A stretch of DNA of 64,000 nt from Eledone cirrhosa (Eukaryota). This document shows positions 54,976-64,000 of the stretch, piece after piece. Each line of letters starts with the position of its first letter. Positions within the stretch are counted from its first letter, which is position 1. Under the pieces are notes generated by a model. The model saw nothing but the letters and a program-made list of their open reading frames with translations. It had not been told where the DNA came from and did not search any database. Made by a program: the position numbers and the translations under genes. Location: contig OZ024756.1 of the NCBI GenBank assembly GCA_964016885.1, forward strand, positions 16,058,001-16,122,000, given 5' to 3'.

Positions 54976-55656
54976 TGCATAAAAAAAAAAAGAGGGGAAG
55001 GACATATATATATACATATATCATCATCATTTAACGTCCACTTTCCGATGATGATGATGATGATGATATATATATAATTTCTTAGTGTGTCATAAATATT
55101 TGTGATTGAAATGAAAACTGTTGGCAAAAAACAATCTTTGAAAAGACTGTCACTTCTTTTTTTTTTACCTTGAGCATCCAAATAGATATTGTACTGTGTC
55201 TAAGACTGTATTTGACCAATAGCCAGTTAGTTAGTGAGATATTATACTAATACTATGACTGCCTTTGACTATAGTTAGTTAGTCAGTCAGGTTAATTAGT
55301 AAGCAGTCTTAAGTTAGTGTTAACACACGGTAATTAATTATAATAAACATAGAGTAGTCAGAGTTTCTTCAAAAATAGATTGGTTTTAGGTCCAGTTGCA
55401 AACCTCCACTTGTGCTGCAGTCAATTATAATTCTTTGTTGTTGTTGATGTTACATGCACATTTGTTTAATAAAAGGGTAAATTAATTAAGAAATAGTTTT
55501 AGATTGTAACATAGCTATTTGACAAATACAAATAATACTGGACAGAAAATAACATTATTTCAGCTATCATATATATACATATATATACGTACTTACATAT
55601 ACATATATATATATGTGTGTGTGTGTTTATATATATATATATTTAATATACATGTA

Positions 55657-55946
55657 CAGTGTACCCCTGGTATTCGTGGTCCCGGTTATTCGCGGAAACC
55701 AACGCATATTTGTTGAATCGTAAATATCTTCTGCGATTTTTTTAATGGCTTTTTTTCGTGGCAATATATTTTTTTTTTCACGTTTTTTTAACACGAAATT
55801 ATGAATAACAATATACCGTATTTGCCGGCCTATATCTTACGTTATGTTTTGATGCATTGTTATGGGCTACATCAAATATTTGCGGCTTTTCATTCTTCAC
55901 GGGTCCTGTAGGAGCGTAACCCTCTCGAATACTGGGGGACAAATGT
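55657..55946. mobile_element. pogo/Tigger-like MITE
   Basis: TA|CAGTGTACCCCTGGTATTCG...CGAATACTGGGGGACAAATG|TA imperfect TIRs. Confidence 0.55.
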
Positions 55947-56227
55947 ATATATATATATATATAGACACACGCACACACATATACACCAATACACTATTCA
56001 GAGACATCACCACCACATCATCAACAACAATAAAAGTCTTTTGAAATACAAAAATAAATTCCCAAATCCTCAAAAGATTTTGGTTTGAAAAAATAAAATA
56101 AAGAAAATTAACAAAAGAAAAAGTTTCCTAAATCACCATGGTAACACAGGGTTGTGGTTTTTTTTATTTTTTGTAGATTTCTGAGAAAAATATTAAGGCT
56201 GTGTATTTCTTTCTTTCTTTTACTGGT

Positions 56228-56350
56228 TTCAGTCATTAGACTGTGGCCATGCTGGGGCACCCACCACCTTGATTCAGTCATTAAATTGTGGCCATGCTGG
56301 GGCACCCACCATCTTGATTCAGTCATTAGATTGTGGCCATGTTGGGGCAT
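56228..56350. repeat. 45-bp tandem repeat (x3)
   Basis: TTCAGTCATTAGACTGTGGCCATGCTGGGGCACCCACCACCTTGA. Confidence 0.85.
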
Positions 56351-56632
56351 CCCCTTGCTTCAGTTGATCATATTGACACCCATACTTATTTATAATAATT
56401 CCAAGGCTGGGACTTATTAATCTCTTTTTTGTTGTTGTTGAACTGCTAAGTAATGGGCCATAAACACACTGACACGGACACACACATATGATGGGCTTCT
56501 GCAGTTTCTGCCTACCAAAATCCACTAATCCAATGTACTGTATAGAAGAATTGAATGCAGAACCATGCAGTTGTGGAGTGAACTCTTTATAACCACACAG
56601 CAGCCATGACTGTGCCCAAAACAGTGAGAGCA

Positions 56633-56673
<41 letters not shown>

Positions 56674-56674
56674 G

Positions 56675-56705
<31 letters not shown>

Positions 56706-56850
56706 TACATAAATATATATATACACACATACATATAATATAGATATATAAATACACACAAACACACACATATATATGTGTATTTTACTCTTTTACCCGT
56801 TCCAGCCATCTAGCTGAGGCCATGCTGGGGCACCGCCCTTTAAAAATTAT

Positions 56851-56947
56851 TTACAGCACCTAGGTTTCCCAAGCGGTCACCCATCTAAGTACTAACTAGG
56901 CTCAACATTGCTTAACTTTGGTGATCGGACCAGAACCTGTGTTTTTC
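56851..56947 (-). pseudogene. 5S rRNA pseudogene (first ~20 nt missing)
   Basis: Minus strand reads GAAAAACACAGGTTCTGGTCCGATCACCAAAGTTAAGCAATGTTGAGCCTAGTTAGTACTTAGATGGGTGACCGCTTGGGAAACCTAGGTGCTGTAA, the 3' ~80% of metazoan 5S with box A/C and several substitutions. Confidence 0.85.
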
Positions 56948-57915
56948 CTTAACACTTGTTAAAAGATCCCACAGGCCACCAAGCAATGGCGCTATATATA
57001 TATATATATATAAGGAAAATTATTAAAAAAGGGTTTGAGAAGCACACCTGGTGTCTATATATAAAAAATCTTTATAACATGTACAAAAATTGATGTTAGC
57101 AAAGCCTTCCTTCTCCATTTTGGATTATCAAGACATTTGTTATTAGGCTAATTTACATGCGGATTCTTGGTCTCATTGCAGGAGTTTTAACAAAAAATCA
57201 ATTGAACCTAAAAACAAATGTTTTGATAATCCAAAATAGAGAAAACAGGCTTTGCTAACATCGATTTTTGTACGTTATAAAAATCCTTTATATACCATCA
57301 TTACCATTTTACGTCCATTCTTCCACGCTAGCATGGGTTGTCCTGTTGTGGGCAATGCCAGGTCAGGTGACCATGTCTTGCTTATACAGAACTGATTTGG
57401 GCTTGCTTGATTTCTACAGCTGGATGCCCTTCCTAACACTAACCTCATTTAAAGTGGGTACTGGGTGCTTTTTTACCGTGGCGTCTATACAACCACTTTA
57501 CAGTGGGGACTGGGTGCATTTTTGTCCACACTGTAAAGTGGTCGTGTACCAGGTACGCCTTGATTTAGGTGATCTGTATAGAACATTTTCTAAGCACACT
57601 TTTTTTTACTATATATGTGTGTGTGTGTGAATACTGATTTATTTGTTACCTAAAAATATTGATTTCCCCTCCCTTAGAATGTGTGTGGAATTCATAGTTA
57701 CTACATTGTCATGTCGGAAACGCATAATAAATGTGTCTATATATATATATATATATAGTGTAAGAAACTCTACAGAGGGTTGGACAGCAGAGAAGAAACT
57801 CAGCTCAAGGAAGTGTTTCAGCCCTTATATATATATATATATTCATGTGTGTGTGTGTATACACAAGAAAGTGTTTCGGCCCTTATACATACATTCATGT
57901 CTGTGTGTGTATGTA

Positions 57916-57953
<38 letters not shown>

Positions 57954-58134
57954 TCTGTGTGTGTATGTACGTCTGTATATATATATATATATATGTCTGT
58001 GTGTGTGTGCATATATGTATTTATTACTGTCTGAAAGAAACAGTTATAATATGTGTGTGCTTAAGAGGACACATTTTAAAACAATATTTGAAAAACAATG
58101 CTTATATTACACATATAGAATATTCATACATTAC

Positions 58135-58182
<48 letters not shown>

Positions 58183-58299
58183 CATTTCCGTTTAGCATCA
58201 ATTCTTCCATGCTTCGAAACATCAGAAGACAGCCAATGAGCAGGAATTCTCCTTGTGTTTGTGTTTCTGTCACGTTTTCTAAATAATATATATATATGT

Positions 58300-58335
<36 letters not shown>

Positions 58336-59141
58336 AGAACAGACATGGGCAACCGTTCTCGAGTAGTGGGCAGCATAAGATGTGTCTCACCATAAGGCGG
58401 GCCATACTACTAAAAAATTCAAGGCAATTTTGAAATTAGACATGCCATTCAGAAAGCCAAACAAGCCACAGAACAGATTGCCCACGACTGGTTTAGAATC
58501 TTAGGCCCTTTATTAGTTTTCCCATTAAACTCACAAACTAATTTTACTTAATGTGTATTAAGTATAACTTTAAAGTTTGTCTTCGTTGGGTCTTTTTTAA
58601 AACTAAGAACATCTGAACTGTGTGTGTGTGTGTGCGTGTGTGTATATATATATATCACGATAAATTAACGGAGCCATAGACTCTCGCTATTCCCTGTCAA
58701 TAATGAGCTCAAAGAAGAAGGAATCCCGAGCTCTTTAAAATACAATATGTTGAAAAGGTAACACACAAGAGAGAGAGAATGCGCCATCAATAAAACAGGG
58801 AAAAACCACCAGTGTATGGAATCTATAACCTATGAAAGACATGGTAGACACATGATAATTAAAAATATAAATTAAAGTGTATATACATACCTCTATAACA
58901 ATATATATAGTTATAGAGGTATGTATATACACTTTAATTTATATTATATTTTTAATTATCATGTGTCTACCATGCCTTTCATAGGTTATAGATTCCATAC
59001 ACTGGTGGTTTTTCCCTGTTTTACTGATGGCGCACTATATCTCTCTCTTGTGTGTTACCTTTTCAACATATTGTATTTTATATATATATATAATATTATA
59101 TATGTTTTTTTTTCCATATCTGCATGAGTTGGACATATATA

Positions 59142-59227
<86 letters not shown>

Positions 59228-60029
59228 CACACACATATATATTTCTGTGTGTGTGTGTGTATATATATATACACACACTGCATATACATATAAATATATA
59301 TTCTATCTCTATATATGCGTTTATGTATATATGTATATTTATCTTGTTAGAAAGAATATATGAAGGAAATTTCCAAAAATGTATGCCATGGAGCAGGTTG
59401 CTGCCAGGTGTTGTACCACATGTACACATAACGATACTCTTTCACATGTAGCAGTGTGAAAATATAGTGCACTGAAATGTGTTGTATCACTGCATGTAGT
59501 GCCTTGACATACACAGTCAGCTATACCACTACATGTGTGTTGTAACACTGCATGTGGTGTATCGTATATAATGCATTGTATCGTTTCATGTGGTGATAGT
59601 CCCACATGCAGCACGTTGTTTATGTGTTGCACCACTCCATGGTGCTCTGGACATGTAGAGAACTTGAATATGTGTTGTGCCCTTACATATGTGGCTACTG
59701 GGATTATCCACCTGGCAGACTGCCACATGGGTGGTTATGGTGTTCTGCCACATGTCATGCTTCCGACACCACATGTAGGGGTGGGGTATCAGTTGCTTTG
59801 CTACCGGTTGACAGATCCCTAGGACAGCGGTTCCCCAACCTTTTCATTTCTACCTACACACCCCAAATCTCACCTGAAAGGTCTACCTGATGATACAAAA
59901 TAGCTTCTCTAACTCTCTTCACCCCAGCCACACTGACCACCTGTACCCCCCAGTCACACTGACCCCATGTTCTCCACCACAAGCTCTCCACACCCCATCC
60001 TCAATCTGACATACACTTTCACTACATTC

Positions 60030-60525
60030 AACCCTTTTCATACCAAACTGCCTGACACCACCCCTAGTTCTGTTTATTTTCACATTTTAAAGTGTTTATA
60101 TTTATAAAAAAAAAAACTTCCATCAACAGAACCTTTGTTAAGTTATGTTCCAAACACAAACACTTAATAATGAAAAAGTTATTATATATTACTAAATCCT
60201 TCTAAATTCTTGATTATTTTCAAAATGATTTGAAAATTATAGAACAGTCTTTCATTCCTATATATTACTAAATCTCTACAAATTATTGATGGTTTTCAAA
60301 ACGATTTCATTTTAAATATGGTAAGGAGATGTTTCAAGTATTTATATTTATCTAAAAATTTCCCATCATAATTTCATGAAAGAACCTGGTTAAGTTATGT
60401 TCCAAACACCAACTTAATGATGAGAAATCTAGTTATATTATTAACTCCTACAAATTCTTGATTATTTTCAAAATGATTTAAAAATCATCAGTCTTTCACC
60501 AGAAATACGGCAGCAAAAGGGTTAA
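60030..60525. mobile_element. piggyBac-type MITE, family B (related remnant 61555-61945, with a family A copy nested inside)
   Basis: Ends AACCCTTTTCATACC... and ...GCAGCAAAAGGG|TTAA; internal duplication. Confidence 0.6.
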
Positions 60526-61247
60526 GCATGATTTTTTTTTCACCTAACAGAGAAAGGTTTGTCTACTCTACTCAACAGATCAGGGACCCACCAGTTAAGA
60601 AGCATTGCACTAAGGGTGTCTTCATGGTTGTATGGAAGGGCTGGGGTAACAACTAGCACCATGTAACATTGACGGGTGATGTAATAAACCAATCAATGGT
60701 ATGAAGGACATCACCCCTCCCATCTCTTCCCCTCCCACTGTACACAGCCACCCCCCAGCCTGCTAAATAGTCTAGAGTGGGGGACCTGCTGTTCCCCTCC
60801 CCACAACCCACTATATAATCTAGAGTGGTGGACCAGAAAGCAGCCATTTTATATCGGCTACCACTAAATGTTTTTTCCTTCAAAAGGGGTCGGGGAGAGA
60901 CACAGGGCAAAAAAAAAACAAACCCAAAAATATTTTTTTTGTTATTTGATATTAATAATAATAATGATGGTTTCTAATTTAGGCACAAAGCCAACATTTT
61001 TTTTTAGAGGGAAAAGGGGAAAGCTGATTATATCACCCCCCCCCCCCCCCAGTACTTGACTTTTATATCATTTCATTGACCACCTCCAGCCACCCCCCAC
61101 CCCCCGGAAGGATGAAAGGCAAAGTTGACACCCGGCAGGATTTGAACTTTGTAGAACGTAAAGAGCCGGAACCCCCAAAAGTGACACAAAACATTTTGTC
61201 CGACGCTCCAATGATTTTGCCAAACCACTGCCCTCTTAACATTAAAG

Positions 61248-61280
<33 letters not shown>

Positions 61281-61340
61281 GTAATAATAATAATAAGAAG
61301 AAAACATGATAATGTGAGCCTTGTTCTTTTAGTTATTTTT

Positions 61341-61450
61341 TTAGTCTTGGAGATTCTGGAGCAACTTGAGTCGACCGGCTTCATAATCATCTTCGTCAAC
61401 GTTAACGAGCAGCTTGATGGCTTCATGGCCAACTGCTTGTTTCAGGGATT
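61341..61450 (-). CDS. DEDD: DEDD terminal coding exon
   Basis: Acceptor tcttttacAG, phase 1. (E)SLKQAVGHEAIKLLVNVDEDDYEAGRLKLLQNLQD* continues the DEDD C-terminus in frame. Confidence 0.95.
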
Positions 61451-61945
61451 CTGTAAAAGAGACAGAAGGGGAGGTTTCATTGTTAATAGGTTTTAAAAAG
61501 GTTGCTGATAGTGATGGTGGAGATGTCGGTGTTAGTGGTGAAACCTACATGTTTTAACCCTGTTGATACCAACCCACCTAAAACCACCCCTGGTTTTATG
61601 ATACAAAACTGTTTGCTTTAACCCTTTAGCATTTAAACTGGCCATATCCGGCCAGAATTCTCTTGCCTCCCTCTGTTCAAACTGGCTGTTCATACTGACG
61701 TTAAGGTATTGTTCTCAAAATAAATATCAAAATCTCATAAATTCGATATTATGTGAGATTAAGCCTTTATCACGAAAATACAATAGTAAATATAGAGTAA
61801 TGTAAATGCTAAAGGATTAAAGTGTTTATATCTTTCATAAAACATTCCCATCATAATTTTATAAAAGAACCTTTGTTAAGCTACGTTCCATTCACCAACT
61901 TAGTAATGAGAAAGATATATTAGTGAATCCTTCCAAATTCTTTAT

Positions 61946-62520
61946 TTGTGGCACCAGCACTACCATCTTACACGGGGAACTGGGTGTGTTTTGTTGTGGC
62001 ATCAGCACTACCACCTTACACAGTGGACTGAGTGCTTTTTCTTATGGCACCAGCACAACCACCTTACAGGGTGGACTGGGTGTATTTTAATGTGGCATCA
62101 GCACTACCACCTTACACAGCGGACTGAGTGCTTTTTCTTATGGCACCAGCACAACCACCTTACAGGGTGGACTGGGTGTATTTTAATGTGGCATCAGCAC
62201 TACCACCTTACACAGTGGACTGAGTGCTTTTTCTTATGGCACCAGCACAACCACCTTACAGGGTGGACTGGGTGTATTTTAATGTGGCATCAGCACTACC
62301 ACCTTACACAGTGGACTGGGTGCTTTTTCTTATGGCACCAGCACAACCACCTTACAGGGTGGACTGGGTGTATTTTAATGTGGCATCAGCACTACCACCT
62401 TACACAGTGGACTGGGTGTATTTTAATGTTGCATCCACACTACCACCTTACAGGGTGGACTGGGTGTTTTTTTGTCATGGCACCAGTACTACCACCTTAC
62501 AGAGTGAACTGGGTGTTTTT
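61946..62520. repeat. Dimeric ~46/47-bp (93-bp higher-order) minisatellite related to the SINE/RTE tail subrepeat
   Basis: TGGCACCAGCACAACCACCTTACAGGGTGGACTGGGTG.. alternates with TGGCATCAGCACTACCACCTTACACAGTGGACTGAGTG.. Confidence 0.9.
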
Positions 62521-62524
62521 TGAA

Positions 62525-63240
62525 ATCAACTCCAGTGTGTTATTGGTAGTTTATTTTATTGATCCCATAAGAAGGAAAGGCAAAGCTCACCTCGCTGGGA
62601 TTTGAACTCAGAATGTAAAGGGATGGAACTATATGCCTCAAAGCATGGTGTCTGAACTACGAATACTGCCAATTCACTGTTCTTGGTATAATAATAATGG
62701 TTTCTGATTGAGGCACAAGGCCAGCAATTTTGAGGGAAGGGAAAGACGATTAAATCGACCTCAGTGCATTACTGGTACTTTATTTTTATTTTATCGACCC
62801 CCCGTAAGGACGAAAGGCAAAGTCAACCTCAGCGGAATTTGAACTCACAACATAAAAGACCGTAATAATAATTTGTTTTTACATTTGGCACAAGGCCAGC
62901 AATTATCCAGTACATTACTGGTACTTTATCTTATCGACCCCGTAAAGATGAAAGGCAAAGTTTCACCTCGACGGGATTTGAACTCAGACTGTAAAGGGAC
63001 GTAACTATGCTGGAAAGCATGGCGTCTGACCCTCTACCGATACTGCCAATTCACTGTAATAATAATTGTTTCTACTTTAGGCACAAGGCCAGCAATTATC
63101 CAGTGCATTACTGGTACTTTATTTTATCGACCCCGTAAGGATGAAAGGCAAAGTCAACCTCAGCGGGATTTGAACTCAGACCGTAAAGGGACGTAACTAT
63201 GCTGGAAAGCATGGCGTCTGACCCTCTACCGATACACCAT
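62525..63240 (-). mobile_element. Head-to-tail cluster of four copies of the same SINE family in the DEDD intron
   Basis: Four repeats of GATGAAAGGCAAAG..GATTTGAACTCA separated by (AAT)n. Confidence 0.8.
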
Positions 63241-63271
63241 AATAATAATGATAATAAAAGTAGTAACTTAC

Positions 63272-63526
63272 CTGTGATAAAGACACCTTTGAGGGCTTCC
63301 AGTAAGGAGCCATTAATATAATCTCGCCAGAATGCATCCAAATAAGTGAGTTCAGAGAATTTGATATCACATATGATAGAGCCAAGGTCCCGAGACTTAA
63401 GGATTGTGTTGGCCTGGGCAAACTTTTCAAACTGCCTCTCAAGTAACTCAGGTTTATTTGAGAAAACATTACCCTCTAGAACATTTTCATGATGGCAATA
63501 CTCAGCTCGTACCCTCAACCGAATAT
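63272..63526 (-). CDS. DEDD: Death effector domain-containing protein DEDD, penultimate coding exon
   Basis: Acceptor ctatttcAG (63528-63527). (D)IRLRVRAEYCHHENVLEGNVFSNKPELLERQFEKFAQANTILKSRDLGSIICDIKFSELTYLDAFWRDYINGSLLEALKGVFIT, donor GTAAGT. Matches the highly conserved DEDD C-terminal region as recalled. Confidence 0.95.
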
Positions 63527-64000
63527 CTGAAATAGAAGGGTTAATTAAGATGAAGTTTATTTTACTCTGATACAACTGAAATAAAATAAAAGAAAAGAAA
63601 AAGGTGGGAGTGGGAGGGGTAAAGGTCTTTAACTCCCAACAGAGTTGTACGGATGCTGTCCTGATACACTTTTACATCTGGAGGATCCCATCTCTCTCCA
63701 GGTTGGTACACAGCTGATTTCTTAGATAGTAGATAGATAGATATATTTCTTTTAGGTAGAGAGAGAGAGAGAGAAATATATATAATTGGATTGCTATTTT
63801 ATCGACCTTGAAAGATGAAATCCAAAGTTGACCCCAACAAGATTTGAATTCAGAACACAGTGAATTGGAACAAATACTGAGGTATTTTTTAATCTGTCAC
63901 CTGAAGGATTTTGCAAATTTGCTGCCTTACAACTGAAGTCCAATGAACAAATTATGAAGATAGCTAGGGTGTTGGACTTATGATCCTGAAGACATGTGGC

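Noticed and set aside
61946-62605. 219-aa repetitive W/H/C-rich ORF
   Set aside because: Translation of a 93-bp minisatellite, antisense within the DEDD intron.
63108-63271. C-terminal extension of the DEDD ORF in the track (GKLLLL..KIKYQ)
   Set aside because: Intron/SINE read-through past the GTAAGT donor; the true frame splices to 61450.

Overview
AT-rich, microsatellite- and retroposon-dense animal genomic DNA. The repeat repertoire (RTE LINEs with (GAT)n tails, tRNA-headed SINEs, long (TA)n/(CAT)n tracts) suggests an octopod cephalopod; this is inference. Three spliced genes were reconstructed by eye. (1) The last coding exon of a CKS1/Suc1 gene (+, 4260-4336). (2) A complete 4-exon gene (-, 39484->10777) for a 159-aa protein with signal peptide, one V-like Ig domain lacking the C-strand Trp, and a GPI-type tail, i.e. 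a Thy-1-like architecture. (3) The last two coding exons of DEDD (-, 63526->61341). Most long ORFs in the supplied track are microsatellite artefacts. The most striking hidden signal is at least 12 complete minimal type I hammerhead ribozyme motifs (CUGANGA-stem II-GAAA-short palindrome-UH), plus several degenerate ones. They sit in several families of short Penelope-type elements in (TA)n tracts, often as outward-facing inverted pairs, and share a C.Y mismatch in stem II and an AATAAA at or just after the cleavage site. Also present: a Penelope GIY-YIG ORF remnant, a mariner pseudogene, a non-autonomous Helitron, piggyBac-type MITEs whose termini have amplified into satellites, a tandem array of Pol III B-boxes, a 5S rRNA pseudogene and an orphan E2F/CHR promoter-like island. 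All coordinates were counted by hand; repeat boundaries are approximate.
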